Notes: generated by a model not told the origin, from the sequence alone. A stretch of DNA of 64,000 bases from Theionarchaea archaeon (GCA_018992685.1 JACVGT010000001.1:32001-96000); one strand, 5' to 3'; positions 22,371 through 32,358 are shown, counted from the stretch's first letter. Numbers and translations: made by a program.

Positions 22371-22554
22371 AAAAGGACTTTCTGAAGAACTTAAGGATAT
22401 GTGAGTCTGTGACAGATTCTGTAAACCGTATCTCCCCTTACTTCTACTACTAATCTCGCTACCTATTACATCACAATGTGGACAGAAAGATTTATAAGCA
22501 CGCGAAAAGAGAGGTAAGTATTTCTGAATAGGACATAGACAAAGAGGTGATAAA

Positions 22555-22665
22555 ATGATGAAAACGTGGATAGATCCGTTAGCCCAAAAGATGGAAGGAG
22601 CAGAAATTGATCCATTGGGAGTCTCAAAGTGTTCATGCGGTTGTGACCCCACGCTCATTCCATAG
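22555..22665 (+). CDS. Putative RiPP precursor, 36 aa (MMKTWIDPLAQKMEGAEIDPLGVSKCSCGCDPTLIP)
   Basis: Hand-translated. GAGGTGA RBS at 22544-22550, TATA 'tttataa' at about 22491, WxxP leader, CxCxC core; first gene of the maturase operon. Confidence 0.85.
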   Translation: MMKTWIDPLAQKMEGAEIDPLGVSKCSCGCDPTLIP

Positions 22666-22685
22666 GAATATTTCTCGCAGAACTA

Positions 22686-22706
22686 TTTCATTTTTTTTAT
22701 TTTTTT
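22686..22706 (+). terminator. U-rich tract after the precursor gene
   Basis: About 20-nt oligo-T stretch between the peptide and the first enzyme gene. Confidence 0.55.
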
Positions 22707-22722
22707 GTGGGAAGGGAATACT

Positions 22723-23694
22723 ATGAATGGAAGTAACAAGAAAATAGACGTTCGGGAGATAGTCATTGCTCTGAGAAGAGCAAAGATTTTTATTGCGAGG
22801 ATAATCTATACTCACAGGAATCTCCTAGAGTATTACCCTGCACACATTTCAGCGCTATTTTGTTATGCAAGACTATTGGACATCGTAGTACCGCGCGATA
22901 TAGACGAAAGCTTCGAAAAATTCATGCTTGAGAATCTCAACCGTAACTATGAGAGAATGTCTTTCTTGGACATTTTTTGGGGAATTTCCTACTTCAGTTT
23001 AAAAGGATATGGGTCCGGGAAATTGAGTGAATTCATTGAGCAGATTTTTTCTTTTCAAAATGAGAATGGTGGAATCGGATCTCACAGAGGAGATATAGGC
23101 AGAATTCCTCACACAGGAAGATTCTTGACCGCACTTCTTTCTACAGAATATGAGAGTGAAGATCTTTTCAAGTCCCATGAACAAAAAATCTTGAAGGCAT
23201 GTGATTTTCTAATTACTGAATGGAGCAAGGACGTTTCATCAGGAAATGCCCTGTCTCACAAGGGTGCAGCGGTATTGAGTGGTCTCTCCAAGTGTTCAGA
23301 AGTGAATCTGGGAATACAGGGGTTAGACCAACAAATAGTGGATACGATAAGAGTGCTTCTGGATCTGCAGATTCAAAACGGTGCCTGGACATTTCTCACG
23401 AAACAGACTGATGACAGGATTTCACTGGAATTGTCAGCCCCTAACATAACTGCTATGGTAGTGCGCTCGCTAAGCGAGGCATACCTTAAGGAAAAAGGTA
23501 ATGAAGCGCCCAAAATGAGTGAAGAACTCTCAAGGGATGTACTCCTGGCAATTGAGAGAGGGAGCAAGTACCTTTGTGAAACTCAAAGCGAATTTGGGTT
23601 TTGGCCTGCTAGTAACAGTGGAGATCTATCCGTTTTTGCCGGGGAGAGCGCATTGGCGTTGAAACCGGCTTTGGAGGTTCTTGAAGATGGGTAG
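22723..23694 (+). CDS. Prenyltransferase/squalene-cyclase-repeat (alpha/alpha barrel) protein
   Basis: QW-type repeats QNENGGIG, QIQNGAW, QSEFGFW, each in a helical-looking context. Confidence 0.75.
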   Translation: MNGSNKKIDVREIVIALRRAKIFIARIIYTHRNLLEYYPAHISALFCYARLLDIVVPRDIDESFEKFMLENLNRNYERMSFLDIFWGISYFSLKGYGSGKLSEFIEQIFSFQNENGGIGSHRGDIGRIPHTGRFLTALLSTEYESEDLFKSHEQKILKACDFLITEWSKDVSSGNALSHKGAAVLSGLSKCSEVNLGIQGLDQQIVDTIRVLLDLQIQNGAWTFLTKQTDDRISLELSAPNITAMVVRSLSEAYLKEKGNEAPKMSEELSRDVLLAIERGSKYLCETQSEFGFWPASNSGDLSVFAGESALALKPALEVLEDG

Positions 23695-24895
23695 TAGAGT
23701 ATCTGAATATGAAAAGGCCATATCCAGTATCGTGGAAAGGAAATATGAGGATAAGAGAGTTTTTTCTGTGCAGTGGCATATAACTGATCATTGCAACCTG
23801 GCATGCAAGCACTGCTATTCCAGCAACAATTCGATAAGGGATCTACCATTGAATGTACTCAAGGCTATCTTTGATAAGTATCTGAAAGCCATACTCAAAT
23901 GGGGTGTGGAAGGGTATCTTAGCCTGACCGGAGGAGAGGCAATTCTGCGGAGTGATTTCTTTGAACTTCTTGACTTCATACATGCAAGATGGGAAGAACA
24001 CCCAGTTTTTGTTGTGAGCTTGATGTCAAATGGGACTCTTATCGATGAAGAACGTGTCTCTCATCTGAAAGAGTACTTGCCCATGTTGTCGCATGTTCAA
24101 ATCAGTCTGGATGGTGTTAACGAAGAGACACACGACTTCTTACGAGGAGAAGGGTCCTTTTCGAGAAGCAAGAAGGGCTTTTCCTTGTTGCGTGAGGGTG
24201 GGTTCACCACTGCATTGCACTATGTGGTGCACAAAGGAAATTACAGAGATGCTTTCAACATACTGGAGCTGGGAGATGAACTCAAAGTAATCAGGGTCAC
24301 CTTATCAAGGCTGGTCCCCGAGGGCGGAGGGAAAACTTTGGAAATGCTAGCACCTTCCGAACTAAGGGATTTATGGGACTATCTGGGCAGCAGATGTTTG
24401 GATTACTACCCAAAGGGAGTCTTCTTGGCAAGGGGCAGGTGTGATCTGTGGCACCTCCCAGACATAGCTTCTGCCTTATACTCCCTGAAGTTGAACTCAC
24501 AGGGAAATGCATTTCCTGCACTATACAGGGTTGGTCAGAGATGTCCTGTAGGGCTCAATGGACTCGCCGTGGATACGGACGGGACCGTCTATCCTTGCAG
24601 AAGACTGCCCATTTCAGTAGGGAACATCGTCCAGGATACATTTTTCAAAATATGGTATAGCTCCAGACTTCTATGGAAATTCAGGCACAAGGAAGAATAC
24701 ATGAAAGGAAAGTGCCGTGATTGCCCGTTTCTCACTGATACACAGTTGAGAACCTTGTGTGCTGGAGGCAGTCCCTGCATTTCCTATGGTAATTGTGGAG
24801 ATTGCTTTGAGCCCGATCCGCAATGCTGGTTTGATCCGTACTCGGAGGAACAGAGAGAGGAGGTGGAAAAATGGAGAAAAAGGATCCTAGAATGA
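23681..24895 (+). CDS. Radical SAM/SPASM peptide maturase
   Basis: QWHITDHCNLACKHC, LTGGE, SPASM 'CPVG...DGTVYPCRR...GKCRDC...CAGGSPC...DPQC'. Confidence 0.92.
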   Translation: MKMGSRVSEYEKAISSIVERKYEDKRVFSVQWHITDHCNLACKHCYSSNNSIRDLPLNVLKAIFDKYLKAILKWGVEGYLSLTGGEAILRSDFFELLDFIHARWEEHPVFVVSLMSNGTLIDEERVSHLKEYLPMLSHVQISLDGVNEETHDFLRGEGSFSRSKKGFSLLREGGFTTALHYVVHKGNYRDAFNILELGDELKVIRVTLSRLVPEGGGKTLEMLAPSELRDLWDYLGSRCLDYYPKGVFLARGRCDLWHLPDIASALYSLKLNSQGNAFPALYRVGQRCPVGLNGLAVDTDGTVYPCRRLPISVGNIVQDTFFKIWYSSRLLWKFRHKEEYMKGKCRDCPFLTDTQLRTLCAGGSPCISYGNCGDCFEPDPQCWFDPYSEEQREEVEKWRKRILE

Positions 24896-25140
24896 GAGAG
24901 AACTTGTTCGTTATAAACGAAGAAGGAAGATACGTAGTCTTCGATCCAGAAGAGGGAGATCAGTGGAAACTGAACGAAACAGGAGCCCTGATTGTGGATT
25001 GCCTGATGCAAGGAGCCTCAATGGAAGACATAAAAAGTAAAATAATGGAAGAATATGATATAGATTCGGAAAAAGCGGAGGAATCGTTGAACAAATATAT
25101 AGAAGTGCTCAAGAAAGAGGGAATTATTCTGGAGGATTGA
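24871..25140 (+). CDS. PqqD-family RiPP recognition element (RRE)
   Basis: 'YVVFDP....WKLNETGALIVD.L......I...I.EEYDI...AEE.L..YIE.LKKEGII'. Start may be ATG 24892. Confidence 0.88.
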   Translation: MEKKDPRMRENLFVINEEGRYVVFDPEEGDQWKLNETGALIVDCLMQGASMEDIKSKIMEEYDIDSEKAEESLNKYIEVLKKEGIILED

Positions 25141-25175
25141 ATGAAGGTGTTTGAAAGGAGGGATGGTACATTAGA

Positions 25176-26810
25176 TTGGCTAGAATTGAGGTAGATTCTC
25201 CATGTAATAACCGCTGTATTCACTGTCTCACCGGAAGGAGAGAGCAGAAAGACGTCATAGGATGTGAAGAACAGATCAAGAGGGCTCACAATGAAAAAAA
25301 AGATGGGATCGTCATATTGGGGGGAGAACCAACCCTGAGAGGGGATATTCTTGATATCGTCTCCTGTGCCAGAGAGATCGGGTTCAAGAGAATAAACCTC
25401 ATAACGAATGCGAGGACCCTTTCAAACAGGGAGTTTGCCGGTAACCTGATACGCGTAGGAATTTCTGATTTTGTGGTAAAACTGTGGGGAGCCAGAAGGG
25501 AGGTTCATGACAAGATAACTGGAGCGAAAGGGAGTTTTGAACAAACAGTGAGCGGAATAAAGAATATTGTGTCCCTCAAGGGTGAAGGAGTTATTATGGG
25601 ATATTCAGGAATACTCATGGAGAATTACGTGTCGTTAGCTGAGCTGATACAGCTTTTTGCCGATCTCCGTGTAAGATGGGTACGGTTGAGGCTGCCCCCA
25701 GTGGAAGATGCACTCATCCCTCTGACCCAGGAAACCATGAAGTACATCTACAGTGCCATAGAGACTGCCAACAGACTGAATGTTGGTCTGGAGATAGAGA
25801 ACATTCCCTTCTGTTTCATGAGAGGCTATGAAGATTATGTATACATTTCCACAACGCGCAAAGACAGACTGGAAGATTGTGATTTCTTGGACTTTGTCAA
25901 GGTCGAACAACACGATGGCAAAACAAAAGTGCCCGAGTGCAACCAATGCAAGTACTCTTTTCTTTGTGGCGGAGTTTGGAACAAGTATCTGGAAAAAGAC
26001 TCTGTATGTGAAGTCAATCCAGTTGAAAACATGGGAGAATCGAGAATGCTCCAGAGAATTGATGACCTGATAGGTAAAGAAGGGCTGTTTCATCCACTGG
26101 TGGAGAGCGGAGAAGTGCCCGAAGGACTTCGAGCAGATGCTATTGTCCACTTCAGCGGCGGCATTGATTCTACAGTAGCAGCAGGAATATATGCCAGCAG
26201 AAACAAGGAGAGAAAAGTGGTGCTCGTTACATATTGTCATCAAGGTCTGCTGAATGTAAATAGCTCGAGAGTCAACGGCTCATATCTCATGGAGAAATAC
26301 CCCAATATAGTGGCACACCTCCACATCTCTCTCCTGCAGGAGCTGTATGTTCCCCTTTGCTTTGGCAGGGATTACAAAGAACACGCCATGAGGCTGTCGG
26401 GAAATTACGGATGCATAGCCTGCAAGCTCCTGATGTATGCTTACTCTGTATTTCTGCAAACTGCTTACTTCAAGGGAGACACCATTATTTCCGGAAATAA
26501 CCTAACCATAATTCCAGACAGAGGGGGTCACCCGATACCACAGATGCCGGAGGTAGTGACCCTCATCAAGGACTTTGTAGGTGAGTATGGCATGGCATGT
26601 GTCAATCCTGTCTACGCTGTGTCGAGCAAGCAAAGGATTGTACTCTTGGCAGAAACGATGGGCCTTCCGGCCACCAGCATGTTTCAATCCAAGTGCATCC
26701 TGGGGGTTCCAATTCTCTGTAAGGATATGGAACCCGTGGTTCAATTCTTAAGAGAGAGAATTCTGCCGATTCTTCGAAATGTATTGACAGCCAACATGAA
26801 GAGGCTGTAG
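25176..26810 (+). CDS. Fusion of radical SAM domain (HxsC-like) and PP-loop adenine-nucleotide alpha-hydrolase domain
   Basis: N-terminal CNNRCIHC, GGEPTL, 'NIPFC', 'CNQCKYSFLCGG'; C-terminal 'VHFSGGIDST' and 'CIACK'. Confidence 0.85.
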   Translation: MARIEVDSPCNNRCIHCLTGRREQKDVIGCEEQIKRAHNEKKDGIVILGGEPTLRGDILDIVSCAREIGFKRINLITNARTLSNREFAGNLIRVGISDFVVKLWGARREVHDKITGAKGSFEQTVSGIKNIVSLKGEGVIMGYSGILMENYVSLAELIQLFADLRVRWVRLRLPPVEDALIPLTQETMKYIYSAIETANRLNVGLEIENIPFCFMRGYEDYVYISTTRKDRLEDCDFLDFVKVEQHDGKTKVPECNQCKYSFLCGGVWNKYLEKDSVCEVNPVENMGESRMLQRIDDLIGKEGLFHPLVESGEVPEGLRADAIVHFSGGIDSTVAAGIYASRNKERKVVLVTYCHQGLLNVNSSRVNGSYLMEKYPNIVAHLHISLLQELYVPLCFGRDYKEHAMRLSGNYGCIACKLLMYAYSVFLQTAYFKGDTIISGNNLTIIPDRGGHPIPQMPEVVTLIKDFVGEYGMACVNPVYAVSSKQRIVLLAETMGLPATSMFQSKCILGVPILCKDMEPVVQFLRERILPILRNVLTANMKRL

Positions 26811-26868
26811 AACCAGTCATAGTGGGAGAAGAGGCTGTTGCTGATAGTGGTAGTTCCTCAGGAGCGAG

Positions 26869-28695
26869 TCAGATTCTCTGATCCTGAGGAGCAAGTTCCC
26901 TTCTCCATGCTTCTACTATTGAAATAATAGTGTGCATATCCTTGTCATAGTACACCAGTCCGGCTTCTCTTAGGGTGTTGAGTGTTTCAAGAAGATCTTC
27001 TTCTTTCTTGTGCTTGAATTTCTGTTTTACTTGGCGCAAGGTCTTAATTGAATCGCAAAAAACCAGAAGGTCTGTCTCGTCGCGGTCCAGCACATATGTA
27101 CAGGTGCTCGATCCCTTTTCCTCAATGAAAGAACCATCCTCATACTCAATCCAGATATAAGAGCAATTCTCTTGTACATAAGATTTCATCATCATTTCAA
27201 AGTCATCCCACAGGGCATGATGAGGTCTTTCCCTGTGAAAACCGGAGAACTCAAATCTATCAGAGACTGGCACGAGACCAGTGGGATGGATTTCAGCCCA
27301 GAATTGGTCGAAATTCCAATCTTTTCTCTCTTCTTCTGACATCTCATCATAAAATACAGATCCTTTGTATAGGACAAAAGGAATCAGATTGAGAGCATGA
27401 GTCCTGAGGAGAAATCGCAAGAACCTGAGATTGACGCAGCTTTCCAAGATATCCTCTTCCGTCTCTGTGGGAATTCCCTGCAATATGTTGAGATAGTCAA
27501 TTCTCAAATTATACTGACTGCCAAGTTTCAATGCCTGGATATTGTGAGCAAACCTGTGGCGTTTCTCCATTTTTCTTAGGAGTGAATCCGTGAGCGCCTC
27601 AAACCCAATCTGTAATGAGGTGAATGATGCAAAGCGAATGTACCTCCCTGTCTCGGAATCCAAGAAGATGGGAGATATTTCGCCGAAAAAATGGTACGGC
27701 TCTCTTCGACTTGCCGAAAGCTTTGATAAGGCTTTCAATAGGATTCTGAACCTTTTCTTATTCCCGGGAAATTCGTTATCCACAAAGATGAATGAATCAA
27801 TGTGGTGTCTATTTGATTGAAACCGTATTTCCTCAATGACATTCTCAGGCGATCGCGCATGATATGAATACTCTTCATTCAGGACACAGAATTTGCATTT
27901 GTTCCACGGACAAGACCTGCTTCCCCAGATAGGGATGAGAATTCGCATTTCGCGGGGTAAATATGTCCTCAGTGTACTAAAGTAGTCAGAATGATCTGCG
28001 AAAGGATACAAATCCAAATCAAGAAATTCACTGTTTTTCTGCGTAGAATGGGCAGTTGTGTCCTTCCGGTAGATGAGTTGTGGCACATCTCTGATGTCCG
28101 TGTTTTCTTCCAACGCCCTGGTCAGATAAAGGAGTGGAAATTCGCCTTCCCCCCAGATGGCAAAATCAGCCAGAGGGAAGAGGTTCATGAAAGAGTATCC
28201 CTGTGACTCGCTGCGGATTCCTCCAACAAGTATCTTGATCTCAGGATTCATTTCTTTCAGCCGGTGAATCAAATAGTAACTCATCATCCACTGTCGGGTC
28301 TTCAGGGTGAATCCAGCAAGAGTCGCCTTGTGGAGATTATTATCTCCAATATATTGGTCAATCTTGTCTTCAATTGAGGTTACGAGCTCTTCGATTTTCC
28401 CTTTGGGAAAAAAAGATGAGAAAAATACATCAAGTGGCGTTTTGTTGAAATTCCAATTATCTTTTATCAGCAAATGCTTGCATATGAGTACGGTGAAAAC
28501 ATAGAAAGGAGGTAATTTCGAGAGCATTGGAAGATCTTTCATTATTCTTCCATATTTCATTATTTCTTGGAACAAGATTAGGTTCCAGTACACATTCTGC
28601 ACGTTGATTCCTTTTGCTTCAAGAAATCCTTTTAGGTATCCTAGTGCGGGATTCGAAATGTCCCATCTATATGGAGGCATGCAATTCAAAATCAC
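26869..28695 (-). CDS. Cobalamin-dependent radical SAM protein (RiPP C-methyltransferase-like)
   Basis: 'MPP...PALGYLK', 'WGEGE', CPWNKCKFC (CX4CX2C), 'QIGFEAL', and a C-terminal segment resembling a winged helix/RRE. Confidence 0.85.
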   Translation of the reverse strand: MILNCMPPYRWDISNPALGYLKGFLEAKGINVQNVYWNLILFQEIMKYGRIMKDLPMLSKLPPFYVFTVLICKHLLIKDNWNFNKTPLDVFFSSFFPKGKIEELVTSIEDKIDQYIGDNNLHKATLAGFTLKTRQWMMSYYLIHRLKEMNPEIKILVGGIRSESQGYSFMNLFPLADFAIWGEGEFPLLYLTRALEENTDIRDVPQLIYRKDTTAHSTQKNSEFLDLDLYPFADHSDYFSTLRTYLPREMRILIPIWGSRSCPWNKCKFCVLNEEYSYHARSPENVIEEIRFQSNRHHIDSFIFVDNEFPGNKKRFRILLKALSKLSASRREPYHFFGEISPIFLDSETGRYIRFASFTSLQIGFEALTDSLLRKMEKRHRFAHNIQALKLGSQYNLRIDYLNILQGIPTETEEDILESCVNLRFLRFLLRTHALNLIPFVLYKGSVFYDEMSEEERKDWNFDQFWAEIHPTGLVPVSDRFEFSGFHRERPHHALWDDFEMMMKSYVQENCSYIWIEYEDGSFIEEKGSSTCTYVLDRDETDLLVFCDSIKTLRQVKQKFKHKKEEDLLETLNTLREAGLVYYDKDMHTIISIVEAWRRELAPQDQRI

Positions 28696-29473
28696 GTGGA
28701 ACCCTCCTAAGTAGCTGGAGTTCCCTTTCTCTTATAAAGCTTTGTTCTATAGAAGTACTTCTGATTCTAAGGGAATGCTTTGAAGAAGTGGCTTGTCAGT
28801 CTGCTAGCCCAATAATCCTGCGCAAGGGAATTTTCTCTGGGAGATGAACCCGCACCTTACTGCAAAGCAGCTGGCCTCCTGGAAGAGGGTATATTCGGGT
28901 CTTTTGTATTCCATGCTGCTTTTTGGTTCTCGAAGAATCTCTCGTATGCTTGAATCGTTTGTTGCAGGAGATGAAGGCTTCATTATTGCCATCAATGTCA
29001 CGAGGATGAAACCTACAGAGAAGTGTGTAGATGCGAAACCAGGATTTCATGAAGTGTCAGTTATTCGAAATGTGATCAATGCTTTCTTTTGTGTGGGGTG
29101 TGCATACAGGGCTTTCATAGGGGTGATCATCTGCGAGATGGGGTATTTTCTCTTTGCGAATAAAAGGTTTTCGTCGACAACTATCCCGGAACTGGATAGT
29201 CATTCCTCCTGCTCTCTTGTTGATGGTTTCTTTTGTGGAGACATTCACGTTAGATATTCTGTTCAGGCCGTTGAATTGCTGAAGTAAAGTGTGTGATGAC
29301 TTTTCATATGTCGGCTACCTGATAGGAAGATTTTTTTTGGAAGGTGTGAGTTCATGGTATACATTGTAGTGATTCAGGTTGACCCTTCACCATGTGAGGG
29401 AGATGCAACGGGTACCATACCACAACCAGAAACATTTTAAAGAGCAGTCTCTCAGTCCACCTGGTGATCATCA

Positions 29474-31213
29474 ATGAAAGAACTGCTCATGGGAAATGAA
29501 GCAATTGCCAGAGGCGCTGTTGAAGCTGGCGTGAAAGTCGTTGCAGCGTATCCTGGCACTCCTTCCTCTGAAATTCCCAACACCATCTCAAAGATAGCCA
29601 AAAAGCATGGCATCTACTTTGAATGGTCTACTAATGAAAAAGTCGCATACGAAGTTGCCTTTGCAGGGGCTTTAACAGGACTGCGTTCCATGGTGACCAT
29701 GAAGCACGTTGGGCTGAATGTAGCCTCAGATGCGTTTATGGCTTCTGCGCAAGTGGGTGTAGAAGGAGGATACGTGGTCGTTTCTGCAGATGATCCTTCT
29801 TTACATTCTTCCCAGAATGAACAGGATAACAGGTACTATGCCCGACTGGCCAATATCCCCTGTATTGAGCCTGTTTCCCCACAAGAAGCCAAAGATTATA
29901 CTATTAAGGCATTTGAAATCAGCGAACAATACAAGATCCCTGTCATGTTGAGGACAACCACCAGGGTCAACCATACTCGAGGTGACGTAGAACTGGGTGA
30001 CATCCTTTCACTGGGGCGCACTCCGGAGTTTGAGAAGAATCCCCGCCGTTACGTTACTGTCCCCACTAATGCACGAGTCTTGAGAGAGAACATCATCAAG
30101 AAGATGGACTCGCTCAAATCAGACCTGGATACTGTAGAAGGAAAGGGGTCTTTAGGAGTCATTGCTTCAGGGATTGCCTACAACTACGTGAAAGAGACAC
30201 TCATGCTACTCGACATTGAAGCAGAGATTTACAAGGTTGCGGTCACTCATCCTCTCAGCAGTGCTATCATCGACTTTCTCAACCGGCATGATGAAGTCAT
30301 TGTGGTAGAGGAACTCGAACCCATCGTAGAGACAGATGTACGTTTCATGGCTCAGAGAGAGAACATACCAGTGACGATCTATGGAAAAGACATTGTCCCC
30401 AGGGCCTTCGAGTTAAATACTACCAGAGTGGCCAATGCTTTCAGGCAATACAAGAACCTTCCTTTGGAAGAAGTCCAGGAATTTGGCATACCCGCGCGAC
30501 CTCCTATTCTATGTCCAGGGTGTCCTCACCGAGCTTCTTTCTATGCCATCAGAAAAGCAGCTCCCAAAGGTATCTATCCCTCTGGGATCGGGTGTTACAC
30601 ATTGGGATTTGTTCCTCCTCTCGGCGCTGTAGACACCTGCTTCTGTATGGGTGCTTCCATTGGGGTTTCCTGCGGATTGTCTGAATTTGTCTCCGATCCC
30701 ATCATCTGTACCATCGGAGATTCCAGTTTCTTTCATGCAGGTATCCCTCCCTTGCTGGATGCCGTGTATAACCAGCACAGGTTTGTGGTAGTGATCCTGG
30801 ACAATGAAACCACTGCCATGACAGGCCATCAACCCCACCCGGGAACAGGTGTCACTGGCATGGGAGATAGCGTGACTAAGATCTACCCAGAGAGACTCAC
30901 TGAAGCGATGGGTATCACCACAGAGGTGGTGGATCCGCATGACGTCAAGAAGACCATTGACGTGCTCAAAGAGGCGGTTGCATCTAAGGAATTGCGCGTA
31001 GTCATTGCACGCAGACCGTGTATTTTCCTGGAGAGTGCAGAAAGAAACCCTCCATACACAGTCACAGATGAGTGCACAGGATGTAAATTATGTCTGAATC
31101 AGCTGGGATGTCCCGCCATGGACATGGTGGAAGGAAAAGCAGTCATTAATGAGTTATGCAATGGATGCGGCGTTTGTGCCCAGATTTGTCCTGCAAAAGC
31201 TATTACGGGGTGA
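29474..31213 (+). CDS. iorA: Indolepyruvate:ferredoxin oxidoreductase subunit alpha
   Basis: GNEAIARGA, YPGTPSSEI, MKHVGLNVA, SSQNEQD, LCPGCPHR, TAMTGHQ, C-terminal ferredoxin domain. Confidence 0.95.
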   Translation: MKELLMGNEAIARGAVEAGVKVVAAYPGTPSSEIPNTISKIAKKHGIYFEWSTNEKVAYEVAFAGALTGLRSMVTMKHVGLNVASDAFMASAQVGVEGGYVVVSADDPSLHSSQNEQDNRYYARLANIPCIEPVSPQEAKDYTIKAFEISEQYKIPVMLRTTTRVNHTRGDVELGDILSLGRTPEFEKNPRRYVTVPTNARVLRENIIKKMDSLKSDLDTVEGKGSLGVIASGIAYNYVKETLMLLDIEAEIYKVAVTHPLSSAIIDFLNRHDEVIVVEELEPIVETDVRFMAQRENIPVTIYGKDIVPRAFELNTTRVANAFRQYKNLPLEEVQEFGIPARPPILCPGCPHRASFYAIRKAAPKGIYPSGIGCYTLGFVPPLGAVDTCFCMGASIGVSCGLSEFVSDPIICTIGDSSFFHAGIPPLLDAVYNQHRFVVVILDNETTAMTGHQPHPGTGVTGMGDSVTKIYPERLTEAMGITTEVVDPHDVKKTIDVLKEAVASKELRVVIARRPCIFLESAERNPPYTVTDECTGCKLCLNQLGCPAMDMVEGKAVINELCNGCGVCAQICPAKAITG

Positions 31214-31217
31214 TCAG

Positions 31218-31775
31218 ATGAAATATGACATTGTATTGGGTGGTGTTGGGGGCCAAGGCATCTTGCTGGCCTCCCAGGTTGTGGCTCAGGCAGCTATGAA
31301 GAAAGGGTTGAAGGTGATGATGGCGGAAACCCATGGAATGGCCCAGAGAGGGGGGTCAGTGATTTCCCACGTCAGACTGGGTGATATCTACGGTGCACTG
31401 GTCCCTGAAGGTCATGCTGATCTGGTGGTGGGATTTGAGTTCATGGAGGCATTCAGGCAGCTGAAATTCCTGGCAAAGGGAAAGAAGTTGATTATAAACA
31501 CTCACAGAATAAAACCTGTAACACTGGAGACATACCCCGAGATGGATTACGATCTCAGTGACTATGATGTGTTGAAGCTTGATGCTTCAAGAATTGCTTT
31601 CAGGCTGGGAAATGCTATTGTAACCAACATGGTCATTCTGGGTGCCATGTCTGAGTTTGCTGAACTCCCTGCTTCGAAGGCAGAGATGCAGGATGCAATC
31701 CGAGAAAGTGTGCCCCCCAGATTTGCCGAGATTGACTTGAAGGCTTTTGAAGAAGGTGTTAAGGCAGCGCAATAA
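31218..31775 (+). CDS. iorB: Indolepyruvate:ferredoxin oxidoreductase subunit beta
   Basis: GVGGQG and ETHGMAQRGGSV; follows iorA. Confidence 0.94.
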   Translation: MKYDIVLGGVGGQGILLASQVVAQAAMKKGLKVMMAETHGMAQRGGSVISHVRLGDIYGALVPEGHADLVVGFEFMEAFRQLKFLAKGKKLIINTHRIKPVTLETYPEMDYDLSDYDVLKLDASRIAFRLGNAIVTNMVILGAMSEFAELPASKAEMQDAIRESVPPRFAEIDLKAFEEGVKAAQ

Positions 31776-32358
31776 CACTTTCCCCCGCCTTCACCTGATC
31801 TCCTTCCTCCGCTGTAATCTGGAATTGCTGAGACAGAATAATGACGACCTGAGAACCGAGTACAATTCTCCCTATCCTTTCCCCTTTCTCGATGCAATCC
31901 CCCTCCTTCACAAAACACTGGATTCTCCTCACGAATTTCCCTGCAATCTGGATGACAATCATCCGGGTTTTCTCCCCATTATCTATGACAACAATATTCC
32001 TCTCATTGGAAAGAGCCAGCTTGCTGGCCATCTGGTACCCCCCTTCCACATAGAGGATTTTGGTGATAGTTCCCTGCATGGGACTTCTGTTGACATGAAT
32101 GTCTATGGGATTCATGAAAATTGCAATTAGATAGCAGTCCTCCGTTATCAGTCCCGTGAGCTCTTCCAGATAGATCTCGTGTCCATTTTTCACCACGACG
32201 GGAACGTCCCCTGCCTTCACAGTCTCTATGGCAATGATCTTGCCGTCAGCTGGTGATACCACTCCTTCTAGAGGGATCTGTCTGTCAGGGTCCCTGAAGA
32301 ACTGGAATATGAAAATCAGAAGAGCAAATACCGGAATGAGGACCCACTTCTTTTTCAT
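31759..32358 (-). CDS. psd: Phosphatidylserine/archaetidylserine decarboxylase proenzyme
   Basis: FFRDPDR, SPADG, HVNRSP, NER, QIAG, and the 'LGS' self-cleavage site. Confidence 0.9.
   Translation of the reverse strand: MKKKWVLIPVFALLIFIFQFFRDPDRQIPLEGVVSPADGKIIAIETVKAGDVPVVVKNGHEIYLEELTGLITEDCYLIAIFMNPIDIHVNRSPMQGTITKILYVEGGYQMASKLALSNERNIVVIDNGEKTRMIVIQIAGKFVRRIQCFVKEGDCIEKGERIGRIVLGSQVVIILSQQFQITAEEGDQVKAGESVIALP

Noticed and set aside
22371-22658. N-terminal part of the listed 268-aa minus-strand ORF
   Set aside because: It lies antisense to the precursor gene and its promoter; the plausible start is ATG 22370.
28796-29287. Overlapping short ORFs on both strands
   Set aside because: No RBS, motif or family recognised; probably spurious.
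21329-29400. RiPP cluster as a tRNA-Tyr-integrated mobile island
   Set aside because: The position next to a tRNA and a pseudogene is suggestive, but I found no integrase and no duplicated tRNA 3' end.
30570-30600. IorA has SGIGC where DIGC is usual
   Set aside because: A single substitution that cannot be distinguished from ordinary variation or sequencing error.
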